Counted from the first letter of the stretch, positions 44,946 to 56,342 are shown. The stretch is 64,000 nt of DNA from Opitutales bacterium (GCA_049419705.1 JBMSKH010000003.1:18142-82141); one strand, 5' to 3'. Notes: a model not told the origin generated them from the letters alone. Numbers and translations are program-made.

Positions 44946-46808
44946 ATGACCCGCGCCCAGACCCTGCTCGCCGCCGTCGCCGTCCTCGCGGCCGCCTTCT
45001 TCGCCAACATCATCGCGGCGCGGATCGCCGGCCGCGCCGACCTGACCGAGGACGGCACCTTCTCGCTCACCGCCGGCTCGCGCCGCATCGCCGCGTCGGT
45101 CGGCGAACCCGTCACACTCGAGCTCTACGCGAGCCGCGGCGACACCCGTCTCTCGCCCTACCTCGAGGCCTATGCCCGACGCGCCGAGGGACTGCTCCAG
45201 GCCTTCGCCGACGCCTCGGGTGGCGCCATCCGCCTCAAGGTCACCGATCCGCAGCCCGACACCGAGGATGAGTCACGCGCGCAGCGCGCCGGTCTCGGCG
45301 GCACACGCGCCGCCAATGGCACCGCCTACCTCGGGGTCAGCGCACAGCAGGCCGACTCGCTCCGCGCGATCGCCTTCCTCGATCCCCGGCGCGAACGCTT
45401 CCTCGAGTACGACCTCGCCCAGCTCATCGCCTCCGTCACCCGCTTGTCCAAGCCGCGGCTGGCCTTCGTCTCGACGCTCCCGCTCTCGACTGACATCCCG
45501 CAGGGACAGGAGCCGGGACCTGGCGACATCCTCCTCTCCGAGCTCTCGCGCAGCTTCGAGGTGATCACGGTGAGCAACACCGCGACCGAGTTGCCCAAGG
45601 ACATCGCTGTCGTCGCCCTCATCCACCCGCACCACCTCAACCCCCGGCTCGCCTTCGCCGTCGACCAGTTCCTTCTCGGCGGCGGGCCCGTGCTCGCGGC
45701 CATCGACCCGCTCTCGCGCTACCAGAAATTCCAGCAAGGCAACATGCCGCTGATGATGGTGCCGGCCGCCGCGATGGGCGCGGCGAGCGACCCGGCCCTG
45801 CTGCGCGGCTGGGGCGTCGAATCACCGGTCGACGTCGTGGTCGGCGACGCCGCCCACTCGCTGCAGATGCCCTCCTCGCGAGGCGAGCCCGTGTCCTACC
45901 CGCTCGCCGTCGTCCTCGAGGGCGACGGCCTGGCCGGCGACCATCCCGCGACGAGCAACCTGCGGGCGCTCAACGTCCTCGAGCCCGGCAGCGTCCGTCT
46001 CGCCGCCGACGCACAACCCGGGCTCAGTTTCCGCTCGCTCGCGACCTTCCGCGGACCCGGCGTCGGCAGCGTGCCCGTCGCCGCGGCCAACGCGGGTCCA
46101 TTCGAGAAGACCACCCTGCAGTTCAGGGCTGACGGCCAGGAGCGTGTGTTCGCCGCGCTTGTCAGCGGCAATTTCCGCAGCGCCTTCCCCGAGGGCGCGC
46201 CCAAGGACGCCGACGGCAAGCCCGTTGCTAGCCCGGCGCTCAAGGTCTCGGCCAAGCCCAGCCGGCTCCTTGTCATCGCCGACTCCGACTTCATGCTCGA
46301 CTACTACTCGCTGCGCCGCGGCACCGCCTACGGCCAGCAGGTTTACGAGCCGATCAACGACAACCAGGCCTTCCTCATCGGCGCACTCGAGACGCTCGCC
46401 GGCAGCGACGACTTGGTGGCGATCCGCGCGAAGGGCGCGGCACTGCGACCCTTCGACCGCGTCAATGACCTCCAGCGGCGGGCGCAGGCGCGCTACCAAG
46501 CCGAGATTGACCGTCAGGAACAGCGTCTCTCCGAGCTCGCCGAGAAAATCGCCGAGCTGACCCGCACCTCGGGCGGCGATCTCTCGAAGGGCATCGTCCT
46601 GACACCCGAGCTTGAGCGCGAGGTCCAGAAGTTCACCGAGGAGCAGGCGACAGTGCGTCGCGCCCTGCGTGATATCCGCCGCGCCGCCCGCGAGGAAGTC
46701 GACTCGCTCGGCCGTGGTCTCGCCTGGGTCAACCTGCTCGCCGCGCCTGCGCTGCTGGGCATCGCAGGCCTGCTCTACGCCGTGCTTCGCCGCCGCCGCG
46801 CCGCCTGA
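44946..46808 (+). CDS. GldG-like ABC-transporter auxiliary protein (ABC-type uncharacterized transport system domain)
   Basis: N- and C-terminal TM anchors, a large extracytoplasmic domain and a C-terminal coiled stretch. Its position after the GldA/GldF-like genes supports the call. Confidence 0.7.
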   Translation: MTRAQTLLAAVAVLAAAFFANIIAARIAGRADLTEDGTFSLTAGSRRIAASVGEPVTLELYASRGDTRLSPYLEAYARRAEGLLQAFADASGGAIRLKVTDPQPDTEDESRAQRAGLGGTRAANGTAYLGVSAQQADSLRAIAFLDPRRERFLEYDLAQLIASVTRLSKPRLAFVSTLPLSTDIPQGQEPGPGDILLSELSRSFEVITVSNTATELPKDIAVVALIHPHHLNPRLAFAVDQFLLGGGPVLAAIDPLSRYQKFQQGNMPLMMVPAAAMGAASDPALLRGWGVESPVDVVVGDAAHSLQMPSSRGEPVSYPLAVVLEGDGLAGDHPATSNLRALNVLEPGSVRLAADAQPGLSFRSLATFRGPGVGSVPVAAANAGPFEKTTLQFRADGQERVFAALVSGNFRSAFPEGAPKDADGKPVASPALKVSAKPSRLLVIADSDFMLDYYSLRRGTAYGQQVYEPINDNQAFLIGALETLAGSDDLVAIRAKGAALRPFDRVNDLQRRAQARYQAEIDRQEQRLSELAEKIAELTRTSGGDLSKGIVLTPELEREVQKFTEEQATVRRALRDIRRAAREEVDSLGRGLAWVNLLAAPALLGIAGLLYAVLRRRRAA

Positions 46809-46815
46809 AAACGCC

Positions 46816-47844
46816 ATGCGCAACCGCACCCTGCTTCTGTCCACCCTGGTCCTCGGTCTGATTGCTCTCGGCCTGGCTTTTACTGGCCGAGAGGAGACGC
46901 GCGCACCCGAGCCCTCTCGCCCGCTGGTCCCCGCCGAGCTGCTCGCCGACCTGCGCGCCATCGAGGTCACGACGGGCGGGAAGACCGCCCGCATCGAGCG
47001 CACCGAGGGCGGTTGGGTCGTGCCGTCGCGCTTCGGCCTGCCCGTCGATGCCGACAACCGCCTCCGCCCGCTCCTGCAGTCGCTGCGCAACGCCAAGTCC
47101 CTCGGTGCGCTGACCGCAGATCCCCGGCGTATCGCGCGCCTCGGGTTCGACGGCAATAGCGTCCGACTCGAGGGCGCCGAGGGCAAGGTGTGGTCGGCGG
47201 AATTCGGTCGCACCACCGACAACGGTGTCGGCTCCGCCGTGCGGCTGACCGGCGCCAAGGAGGCGATGGCCACCAACTTCCTCGGCTACCTCGAGGGCGA
47301 CCCCGCCAACTGGATCAATCCTGTGCTCTTTGCCGCGAAGCCCGAGGAGGTGCGCGCGCTGGCCCTCACCTTCCCCGACGGCTCCAAGCTCCGCGTCGAG
47401 CGAGCCAAGGTCGGCGAGCCCCTCGGTGGCGTCGAACCCAGGCTGCTCGCGGCCGCGGAGGACCTGCTCAACTACATCGTCACCGTTCGTGCGACCGACG
47501 CCATCGCGCGGGGCGACGCCGCGGCCAACGCCGCGCTCGCCAAACCGCTCGTCGCCGAGATGACCCTGTGGAGCGGACCGACCGTCACCCTTCGCCTGGC
47601 ACGCGACCCCGCGGCCAAACCCGGCGAGCCGCCCCGCGGCTGGCTGACCGTCTCGCACTCCGACCCAAAGCACCCCCTGAACCGCCAGGCCGAAACCGCG
47701 CTCTTCACCTCTCCGCCCTGGCTGGCCGAACAAGTGCCCGCCTCCGCCACTGAATTCGCCAAGCGACTCGACCCGCCGCCCGCCGACGCCACACCCCCGG
47801 GTCAGGCCGAGCCGGCGATTCAGCTCATCCCCGCGGGACGCTGA
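46816..47844 (+). CDS. DUF4340-like membrane-anchored protein
   Basis: 'MRNRTLLLSTLVLGLIALGLAF' anchor. It follows the GldG-like gene, as DUF4340 typically does. Start re-set to ATG 46816. Confidence 0.6.
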   Translation: MRNRTLLLSTLVLGLIALGLAFTGREETRAPEPSRPLVPAELLADLRAIEVTTGGKTARIERTEGGWVVPSRFGLPVDADNRLRPLLQSLRNAKSLGALTADPRRIARLGFDGNSVRLEGAEGKVWSAEFGRTTDNGVGSAVRLTGAKEAMATNFLGYLEGDPANWINPVLFAAKPEEVRALALTFPDGSKLRVERAKVGEPLGGVEPRLLAAAEDLLNYIVTVRATDAIARGDAAANAALAKPLVAEMTLWSGPTVTLRLARDPAAKPGEPPRGWLTVSHSDPKHPLNRQAETALFTSPPWLAEQVPASATEFAKRLDPPPADATPPGQAEPAIQLIPAGR

Positions 47845-47884
47845 GCGCTTGCCAAGGCCGCCAGTGGCGGCTTGATGAAAGACC

Positions 47885-48274
47885 ATGGCCGCCGCCGAAC
47901 AGTCCCTCGCCACCTACCTGCCCGTGCTCGTGCAGGCCGTGCTCGGCCTCTCCATCCCCGTCGCGATCATCGCGGTGAGCCACCTCTTCGGCCAGCGCGC
48001 CAAGGGCAACTACATCAAGGACAAGGCCTATGAGTGCGGGCTGCCGTCCGAGGGCAAGGTGCACCCCCGCTTCGCCGTGAAGTTCTACGTCACCGCGATG
48101 CTCTTCATCCTCTTCGACATCGAGGTGGTCTTCCTCGTGCCCTGGGCGCTCGTCTACCGCGAGTTCCTCGCCGCCGGCATCGCCATCACCGGCGCAACCG
48201 CGGTCTTCCTCGGCGTGCTCGTCTTCGGACTCGTCTACGAGGTCCGCCGCGGCGCCCTCGAGTGGGAGAAGTGA
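47885..48274 (+). CDS. nuoA: NADH-quinone oxidoreductase subunit A
   Basis: 'AYECGLPSEG' and 'FYVTAMLFILFDIEVVFLVPWA'. No nuoB follows it. Confidence 0.88.
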   Translation: MAAAEQSLATYLPVLVQAVLGLSIPVAIIAVSHLFGQRAKGNYIKDKAYECGLPSEGKVHPRFAVKFYVTAMLFILFDIEVVFLVPWALVYREFLAAGIAITGATAVFLGVLVFGLVYEVRRGALEWEK

Positions 48275-48297
48275 GCGGCGCTCGCCAGTCTCCGTAA

Positions 48298-48323
48298 GAA
48301 GGGCGACCTCGCGGTCGCCCTTC
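48298..48323. terminator. GC hairpin between convergent nuoA and fumarase genes (weak U-tract)
   Basis: GAAGGGCGAC-ctcgcg-GTCGCCCTTC. Confidence 0.45.
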
Positions 48324-48350
48324 TCACGCCAGGTCCTGGCCATCCGGCGA

Positions 48351-49997
48351 CTAGACCGCGCAGACGCCGCAACCCGAGCCGGGAATCTGGCAGAAGAAGT
48401 CGTTGCCCTTGTCATCGACGAGGATGAACGCGGGGAAGTCGACGACCTCGATCTTCCAGACCGCCTCCATGCCGAGCTCGGCGTAGTCGACCACCTCGAC
48501 CTTGCGGATGTTCTCCTGGGCGAGGATGGCGGCGGGTCCGCCGATGGACCCGAGGTAAAATCCACCGTTGGCCTTGCAGGCGTCGGTCACCGCCTGGCCG
48601 CGGTTGCCCTTGGCGATCATGATGTGCGAGCCACCCGCCTTCTGGAAGAGGTCGACATAGCTGTCCATGCGGCCCGCCGTGGTCGGGCCAAAGGAACCCG
48701 AGGCCATGCCGACGGGCGTCTTGGCCGGACCTGCGTAGTAGACCGGATGGTCCTTCATGTAGGCGGGCAGACCCTCGCCGCGATCGAGACGTTCCTTGAG
48801 TTTCGCATGGGCGAGGTCGCGCGCGACGATGAGGGTTCCGGTCAGGGCCAGCCGCGTGGTGACGGGATACTTCGAGAGCTCGGCACGGATCTCCGGCATA
48901 GGTCGGTTCAGGTCAACCTTCACGACTCGCATGGCATCGGCATGCTTGCGCGCCTCGGCGGGGATGAATCGACCGGGGTTGGTCTCAAGCTGCTCGATCC
49001 AGACACCATCCTTGTCGATCCGGGCCTTGGCGTTGCGGTCGGCGGAACAGGAGACGGCTAGGCCAATCGGGCAGGAGGCGCCGTGGCGCGGCAGACGAAT
49101 CACGCGCACATCGAGCGCGAACCACTTGCCGCCGAACTGCGCACCAATGCCAAGCTGATGGGCAACCTTGAGTAACTCGGCCTCGAGCGCGAGGTCGCGG
49201 AAGGCGCGGCCGTGCTCATTGCCCGAGGTGGGCAGCGCGTCGTAGTAGTGGGTCGAGGCGAGCTTGACCGCCTTCATGGTGGCCTCGGCGGAGGTGCCAC
49301 CGATGACGAACGCAAGGTGATAGGGCGGGCACGCGGCGGTGCCGAGCGACTGCATCTTCTCGGTCAGGAACTTGACGAGCGACTTCGGGTTCAGGACAGC
49401 CTTGGTCTCCTGGTAAAGGTAGCACTTGTTGGCCGAGCCGCCGCCCTTGGCCACGAAGAGGAATTCGAATTTCGCGCCACTGGTGGCGCTGATGTCGATC
49501 TGCGCGGGCAGGTTGGTCCCCGTGTTTTTCTCCGTGTAGAGATCGACCGGTGCCAGCTGCGAGTAACGCAGGCTATTTTGCGCATAGGCCTGGTAGACGC
49601 CGAACGAGAGCGCCTCGGCGTCGTCACCGCCGGTCCAGACCTGCTGACCCTTCTTGGCCGTGATCTGGGCCGTGCCCGTGTCCTGGCAGAACGGCAGCAC
49701 ACCCTTCGCCGCCACCTCGGCGTTGCGGAGCATCGCGAGCGCGACCGCCCGGTCGTTGTCACTGGCTTCCTTGTCCACGAGAATCGCCGCCACCTGCTCG
49801 AGGTGCTCGGTGCGGAGATAGAAGTTGATGTCGTGGAAGGCCTGGTTGGCGAGGAGCGTGAGCGCAGCGGGGTCGACCTTGAGCACGTGCTTGCCGTCGA
49901 ATTCCGCGACGGAAACGTACTCGCTTGTGAGCAAGCGGTACTTCGTCGTGTCAGCGCCGAGGGGGAAAGGTTCTTGGTAATGGAAGGGCTGAGCCAC
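48351..49997 (-). CDS. class I (Fe-S) fumarate hydratase
   Basis: 548 aa, the FumA/FumB size. '[12 protein letters not shown]' and C-terminal domain '[20 protein letters not shown]'. GTG start. Confidence 0.9.
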   Translation of the reverse strand: MAQPFHYQEPFPLGADTTKYRLLTSEYVSVAEFDGKHVLKVDPAALTLLANQAFHDINFYLRTEHLEQVAAILVDKEASDNDRAVALAMLRNAEVAAKGVLPFCQDTGTAQITAKKGQQVWTGGDDAEALSFGVYQAYAQNSLRYSQLAPVDLYTEKNTGTNLPAQIDISATSGAKFEFLFVAKGGGSANKCYLYQETKAVLNPKSLVKFLTEKMQSLGTAACPPYHLAFVIGGTSAEATMKAVKLASTHYYDALPTSGNEHGRAFRDLALEAELLKVAHQLGIGAQFGGKWFALDVRVIRLPRHGASCPIGLAVSCSADRNAKARIDKDGVWIEQLETNPGRFIPAEARKHADAMRVVKVDLNRPMPEIRAELSKYPVTTRLALTGTLIVARDLAHAKLKERLDRGEGLPAYMKDHPVYYAGPAKTPVGMASGSFGPTTAGRMDSYVDLFQKAGGSHIMIAKGNRGQAVTDACKANGGFYLGSIGGPAAILAQENIRKVEVVDYAELGMEAVWKIEVVDFPAFILVDDKGNDFFCQIPGSGCGVCAV

Positions 49998-50063
49998 GAT
50001 GGGTTGAATCTAGTACAGGGAGGCGCGGTGGGCAAGGCGGAGCGGCGGAAACCATGCGGGCAC

Positions 50064-50088
50064 AAAAAAACCCCGCGTTGCCGCGGGG
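50064..50088 (-). terminator. rho-independent terminator of the HU gene
   Basis: Minus strand: CCCCGCG-GCAA-CGCGGGG followed by TTTTTTT. Confidence 0.8.
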
Positions 50089-50115
50089 TTCGTTCTGCAA
50101 CAGGTAATCCGAGGA

Positions 50116-50397
50116 TTACTTGTTGACGGACTTCTTCAGAGCGGCGCCGGCCTTGAACTTCACGCCCTTCGAAGCCTTGATTTTGATCTTGGCGCCGGTG
50201 GCGGGGTTGATGCCGTCGCGGGCAGCGCGCTTGGAGACGGAGAAGTTACCGAAACCGATGATCTGGACTCCGCCCTGCTTGATGATGCCCTTTTCGATGG
50301 CACCGATTACGGCGTCGACGGCGCGCTCGGCACCGGCCTTGGTGGTTTCTTCGCCGAGGGTCTTCTGGACTTCGGCAATCAGGTCAGCTTTGTTCAT
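50116..50397 (-). CDS. hup: HU family DNA-binding protein
   Basis: 'MNKADLIAEV' and 'IGFGNFSVSKRAARDGINPATGAKIKI'. Start re-set to ATG 50397. Confidence 0.9.
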   Translation of the reverse strand: MNKADLIAEVQKTLGEETTKAGAERAVDAVIGAIEKGIIKQGGVQIIGFGNFSVSKRAARDGINPATGAKIKIKASKGVKFKAGAALKKSVNK

Positions 50398-50562
50398 GTG
50401 TGTTGTGTGGGTTGGGGATGGTTGTTTGGGATGCCAGCGTTGGCCGGCGAACATGGATAAACCGCCGCCAAACCCGCTGGTCAACAGGGAAAGCGGCCGA
50501 CGGCAGAAAAAAGATTTTTGATTCTCTCCGCTGGCCGCGGGTCGTTCGGCGACCGCGACGGG

Positions 50563-51030
50563 TCAACCGAGGAGCGTCGGGAGGAAGACCTGGGCGACAT
50601 GGAGGACACCATTGGCGAGCAACGCGGCGACCAGGTCGTCGGCGACGATGCCGATGCCCCAGGGTAGCGACTCGAGCCGGCGGATGCCGAAGGGCTTGGT
50701 GATGTCCAGCAGGCGGAAGAGCAGGAATCCAGCCACCAGCCAGCCGGGGTCGAACGAGCGTAAACCCACGAATACCAGTGGCATGCACGCGAACTCGTCG
50801 AGGATGACCTCGGGTGGATCCTTGCGCCCGATCAGGGCGGCGGCGGCGCCGCAAAAGCAGACGGCGGCCAGCAGAACCAGCAGGTCAAAGGCAACCTCAT
50901 GCCCGAGGGCCTTGCCCTGGGTCAGCGGGCGCACGACGAACAGCCACCAGACCAGCCCGGCGGCGGAACCCCAGGTACCGGGAGCCTTCAGGCGGCCAAG
51001 CGGGCCTAGGGTGGCGACGCCGACAATCAC
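50563..51030 (-). CDS. pgpA: phosphatidylglycerophosphatase A
   Basis: 'APGTWGSAAG', 'ILDEFACMPL' and 'LLDITKPFGIRRLE'. Start re-set to GTG 51030, which overlaps the pgsA stop as GTGA. Confidence 0.85.
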   Translation of the reverse strand: MIVGVATLGPLGRLKAPGTWGSAAGLVWWLFVVRPLTQGKALGHEVAFDLLVLLAAVCFCGAAAALIGRKDPPEVILDEFACMPLVFVGLRSFDPGWLVAGFLLFRLLDITKPFGIRRLESLPWGIGIVADDLVAALLANGVLHVAQVFLPTLLG

Positions 51031-51677
51031 GAGAGCCCGGGGAGGTGGCGGCGGTGGCGGAAGATGTAGACGGTGCCGGACCAGACCGTGAGGCCGACCG
51101 ACGACCAGAACAGCGAGGTGATGATCAGTTCCCAGTGGCGATGCCACTCCGCGGAGAGATTCCAGTGCGTCTCATAGGCGCGCAGGCCGATGAGATGACC
51201 GATGGCGAGGATCTGCAGGAAGGTCTTCAGCTTGCCCCACCCCTCGGCCTCGAGCACCTGGCCTTTCGCCGCGGCGACGAGGCGCAGGCCGGTGATGAGG
51301 AACTCGCGGGTGAGAATGAGGAAGACGCCGAGCGCCGCGAGCAGCCGGGCCTCCTGCGAGCCGGTGGTGTGGACTTGGGCGATGCCCGCGCCGATCACGC
51401 CGCGCACCGGGAGACAATCAATGGCCAACAGGCCGACGAGCAGGCCGAGGATGAAGATCTTGTCGACCAGCGCGTCCATCAGCCGGCCGAAGTCGGAGAC
51501 GGCGCCGACCTTGCGCGCGACCCAGCCATCGAGCAGATCGGTGATGGCGGCGACGATGAAGAGGGCGAGCGCGGCGGAGGCCCAGGGTCCGGCCAGATAG
51601 GTCCACCAAGCGATGAGCGCCACGGCGGGGATGCGCGCGAAGGTCAGGATATTGGGCAGGTGACGCAGGGCGCTCAT
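51027..51677 (-). CDS. pgsA: CDP-diacylglycerol--glycerol-3-phosphate 3-phosphatidyltransferase
   Basis: 'NILTFARI' plus the CDP-alcohol motif 'DLLDGWVARKVGAVSDFGRLMDALVDK' (DGxxARx8Gx3Dx3D). Confidence 0.9.
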   Translation of the reverse strand: MSALRHLPNILTFARIPAVALIAWWTYLAGPWASAALALFIVAAITDLLDGWVARKVGAVSDFGRLMDALVDKIFILGLLVGLLAIDCLPVRGVIGAGIAQVHTTGSQEARLLAALGVFLILTREFLITGLRLVAAAKGQVLEAEGWGKLKTFLQILAIGHLIGLRAYETHWNLSAEWHRHWELIITSLFWSSVGLTVWSGTVYIFRHRRHLPGLS

Positions 51678-51730
51678 GCGGGCTTGCGGCGAGGATGTCT
51701 CGAGGCGAGGATACCGAGCAACGCAAAACG

Positions 51731-52231
51731 ATGCCCGTCTCCCGCCGCACCGCCGTCTACCCCGGCACCTTCGACCCGATCACCCTCGGGCACATCGATG
51801 TGCTGCGCCGCGCGGGACATATCTTCGACCATGTGCTCGTCGCAGTCGCGCCGAGCGACGCCAAGTCGCCCTGGTTTAGCCTCGAGGAGCGCCTGGCGAT
51901 GGCGCGCGAGGCGTGCCTCGAACTGCCGAATGTCTCGGTCGAGACACTGGTCGGCCTGACCGCGGAGTTCGCGCGCCAGCGCGGCGCCGCGGCCATTATC
52001 CGCGGGCTGCGTAAGTTCAGCGACTTCGAATTCGAGTTCGACCTGGCCCACGCCAACCGGCTGCTCGCGCCGGAGATCGAGACTGTCGTGCTGATGCCGA
52101 GCAAGGAGCAGTTCGTGACCTCGTCGTCCTTCGTGAAGGATATCGCCCGCCACCGCGTGGCGGCGGCGGCCGACTTCGTCCCTCCCTGCGTCATGCCCCT
52201 GCTGAGGGCCAAGGTCGGCCAGAAGGGCTGA
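51731..52231 (+). CDS. coaD: phosphopantetheine adenylyltransferase
   Basis: 'AVYPGTFDPITLGHIDVL'. Start chosen as 'MPVSRRTAVYPG'; the ATG at 51695 is also possible. Confidence 0.88.
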   Translation: MPVSRRTAVYPGTFDPITLGHIDVLRRAGHIFDHVLVAVAPSDAKSPWFSLEERLAMAREACLELPNVSVETLVGLTAEFARQRGAAAIIRGLRKFSDFEFEFDLAHANRLLAPEIETVVLMPSKEQFVTSSSFVKDIARHRVAAAADFVPPCVMPLLRAKVGQKG

Positions 52232-52342
52232 GGCGCCCTCGCCGCCCCACCCTCTCTTTAGGGGTTTGACCCGCCCCCCGGGGTCGCTTTCTTCCGACCT
52301 TCCCCCGAGCCTTCCCGGCCCGGAACCCACTCCCACAAAGCC

Positions 52343-53656
52343 GTGAACATCCAGATTCAAGAAACCAGCCCCACCCGTCGCACCATCACTGTCACGGTGC
52401 CCGCCGCCGACGTCGCGAAGAGCGAGCAGGACGTGGCCAAGGAGTTCGCCCGCGAGGCGAAGCTCCCCGGCTTCCGCCCCGGCAAGGCCCCCGAGGCCAT
52501 GGTGCGCGCCCGCTACGGCGCGAACATCGCCGCCGAGAGCCGCCAGCGCGTGCTCAGCGAGGGCTATGAGAAGGTGCGTGCCGACGACCGCCTGAAGATC
52601 TTCTCCCTCGTCTCCGCCAACCGCGACGAGACCGCCGCGGGCAAGGACGCCATCCTGCGCTTCGAGGTCGATGTGCTCCCCGACTTCAAGACCCCGGACT
52701 GGAAGTCGATCAAGGTCGAGGCCAAGGTCGAGGCCGTGACCGACGCCGACGTCACCACCCAGCTCGATCAGATTCGCGCGCAGCGCGCCACCTTCGACAA
52801 GACCGAGGCCCCCGCGGGCAAGTCCGACTACGTCCGCTTGAGTTACACCGCCACCATCGGCGGCAAGCCGCTCGCCGAGGTCGCCCCTGAGGCGGGCCTG
52901 CTCGCCCAGGCCGATGCCACTTGGGAAGAGGCCGGTGCCGAGGGTGACCTCGCGCTCGTGCCCGCCATCGCCAAGGCCCTCGTCGGACTGAAGGCCGGCG
53001 ACACCGCCAAGGTCGACCAAGTCTTCGCCGCCGACCACGCCCAGGAAGCCCTGCGCGGCAAGACCGCCCAGTACGCCGTGTCCGTCCTCGAGGTCCGCAG
53101 CCGCAAGCTGCCCGAGCTCGACGACGCCTTCATCCAGTCCGTCGCCGCCAAGGACAAGGCCGACCTGCTCGACCAGGTGCGCAAGGGTCTCGAGGGACAG
53201 CGCCGCTCGCAGGCCGAGGCCAAGCGCCGCGAGGAAGCGATCGAGCGCCTGCTCAAGGGCGTCGACTTCCCCTTGCCCGAGTCGGCCATCGACCGCGAGG
53301 CCTACGACCTCTTCATGGAGTACGCCAACCTCCGTGTCCGCGGCGGCGCCACCCCCGAGTCCCTCGAGAAGGACCGCGACACCATCATGGCCGACGCCCG
53401 CAAGGCGGCCTCGACCCGCGTCCGCACCCAGGTCGTCCTCGCCCGCATCGCCAGCGAGGAGAAGCTCACCCTCTCCCAGCAGGAACTCGGCCAGGCCGTC
53501 GTCCGCGCCGCCTACGCCACCCGCACCGCCCCGGAGAAGATCGCCAAGGACCGCGAGCAGCTGATGCTCATCCAGCGCGACGCCCTGCTCAACAAGGCCC
53601 TCGACCACATCCTCGCCGGCGGCGCCCCCGCCGCGGAGACCGAGAAGCAGGGCTGA
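52343..53656 (+). CDS. tig: trigger factor
   Basis: '[10 protein letters not shown]' and the overall tig domain order. GTG start. It precedes clpP-clpX. Confidence 0.9.
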   Translation: MNIQIQETSPTRRTITVTVPAADVAKSEQDVAKEFAREAKLPGFRPGKAPEAMVRARYGANIAAESRQRVLSEGYEKVRADDRLKIFSLVSANRDETAAGKDAILRFEVDVLPDFKTPDWKSIKVEAKVEAVTDADVTTQLDQIRAQRATFDKTEAPAGKSDYVRLSYTATIGGKPLAEVAPEAGLLAQADATWEEAGAEGDLALVPAIAKALVGLKAGDTAKVDQVFAADHAQEALRGKTAQYAVSVLEVRSRKLPELDDAFIQSVAAKDKADLLDQVRKGLEGQRRSQAEAKRREEAIERLLKGVDFPLPESAIDREAYDLFMEYANLRVRGGATPESLEKDRDTIMADARKAASTRVRTQVVLARIASEEKLTLSQQELGQAVVRAAYATRTAPEKIAKDREQLMLIQRDALLNKALDHILAGGAPAAETEKQG

Positions 53657-53687
53657 CAGCCCGACCCCGCTCCCCCAACCTCCTCCC

Positions 53688-54284
53688 ATGAGCTACATCA
53701 TCCCGAACGTTGTCGAGCGAGACGCCCGCGGGGAGCGCGCCTGGGACATCTACAGCCGCCTCCTTAAGGACCGCATCATCTTCCTCGGCGCGCCGATCTA
53801 CGACGAGGTCGCCAACGCCGTCATCGCGCAGATGCTCTTCCTGCAGATGGAGGACCCCAAGAAGCCCATCTCGCTCTACATCAACTCGCCGGGCGGCTCC
53901 GTCACCGCGGGCATGGCAATCTACGACACGATGAACTTCATCCCCTGCGAGGTGCACACCTACTGCCTCGGCAGCGCCGCGAGCATGGCGACCGTGCTGC
54001 TCGCCGCCGGTGCCAAGGGCAAGCGCTTCGCCCTGCCCAACTCCCGCGTGATGATCCACCAGCCCTCGGGCGGCGCAGGCGGGCAGACCTCCGACATCTC
54101 CATCGCCGCAAAGGAGATCCTCCGCTGGCGTGACATCCTGAACCACACGCTCGCCAAGCACAGCGGCAAGACCGCCGAGCAGGTGCAGAGGGATTCGGAC
54201 CGCGACTACTACCTGACCGCCGACGAGGCCAAGGCCTACGGCCTGGTCGACGTCGTCGTGCCGCCGCGCCCCGAGAAGGCCTGA
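53688..54284 (+). CDS. clpP: ATP-dependent Clp protease proteolytic subunit
   Basis: '[19 protein letters not shown]', '[16 protein letters not shown]' and 'MIHQPSGG'. Confidence 0.95.
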   Translation: MSYIIPNVVERDARGERAWDIYSRLLKDRIIFLGAPIYDEVANAVIAQMLFLQMEDPKKPISLYINSPGGSVTAGMAIYDTMNFIPCEVHTYCLGSAASMATVLLAAGAKGKRFALPNSRVMIHQPSGGAGGQTSDISIAAKEILRWRDILNHTLAKHSGKTAEQVQRDSDRDYYLTADEAKAYGLVDVVVPPRPEKA

Positions 54285-54288
54285 GCCG

Positions 54289-55605
<1,317 letters not shown>

Positions 55606-55607
55606 GC

Positions 55608-56342
55608 ATGCTCATCTACCCCGCCATCGACATCCGCGGCGGACGCTGCGTGCGACTCTCGCAGGGCCGCGACGATGCGCGCACGGATTACTTCGACGAC
55701 CCGGTCGAACCCGCGCGTCGCTTCGCGGCGGCCGGCGCTGAGTGGATCCACGTGGTCGACCTCGACGGCGCCTTCGACGGCGCACCGCGCAACCTCGGCA
55801 TCCTGACCCGCATCGCCGCGCTCGGTCCCAAGGTCCAGTTCGGCGGCGGTCTGCGCGACCGCGCCTCGGCCGAGGCCGCCCTCGCGGCCGGCGCCAGCCG
55901 CATCATCCTCGGCACGCGGGCCGCGAACGACCCGGCCTTCCTCGCCGAGATGGCCGCGGCGCACGGGCCGCGTCTCGCGCTCGGGATTGACGCCAAGGAC
56001 GGCTTGGTCGCCGTCCGCGGGTGGAAGGACGTCACCGCAGTCCGCGCCACCGACCTCGCGCGCACGGCGGCCGACCTCGGCGTGGGCACCGTCATCTTCA
56101 CCGACATCGCGACCGATGGCATGCTCAAGGGCCCCAATTGGGAGTCGCTGACGGGGATGCTCAAGGCCTGCCCCGCCGGGGTCATCGCCTCGGGCGGCGT
56201 CTCGGGACGCGCCGACATCGTCCGGCTCGCCCAGCTTGCGCGCACCCACCCCAACCTGGTCGGGACCATCGTCGGGAAGGCACTTTACGAGGGAAAAGCC
56301 GAGGCGGCCGACCTCATCCGAGCCGCCCGCGAGGCCGCCTGA
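55608..56342 (+). CDS. hisA: 1-(5-phosphoribosyl)-5-[(5-phosphoribosylamino)methylideneamino]imidazole-4-carboxamide isomerase
   Basis: 'MLIYPAIDIRGGRCVRLSQG', 'VVDLDGA' and 'GGGLR'. Confidence 0.88.
   Translation: MLIYPAIDIRGGRCVRLSQGRDDARTDYFDDPVEPARRFAAAGAEWIHVVDLDGAFDGAPRNLGILTRIAALGPKVQFGGGLRDRASAEAALAAGASRIILGTRAANDPAFLAEMAAAHGPRLALGIDAKDGLVAVRGWKDVTAVRATDLARTAADLGVGTVIFTDIATDGMLKGPNWESLTGMLKACPAGVIASGGVSGRADIVRLAQLARTHPNLVGTIVGKALYEGKAEAADLIRAAREAA

Noticed and set aside
50398-50562. Sigma70-like promoter for hup (TTGACC ... 17 nt ... TTTATC) and an A6/T5 bent-DNA tract at 50508-50521
   Set aside because: The -10 match is poor, and I cannot evaluate promoter consensus for this phylum from one window. 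I noted it but did not call it as a feature.
51674-53689. 671-aa minus-strand ORF
   Set aside because: It is antisense to coaD and tig. It is Gly/Leu/Ala/Asp/Val-rich with no motifs. The plus-strand frames encode clear CoaD and trigger factor.
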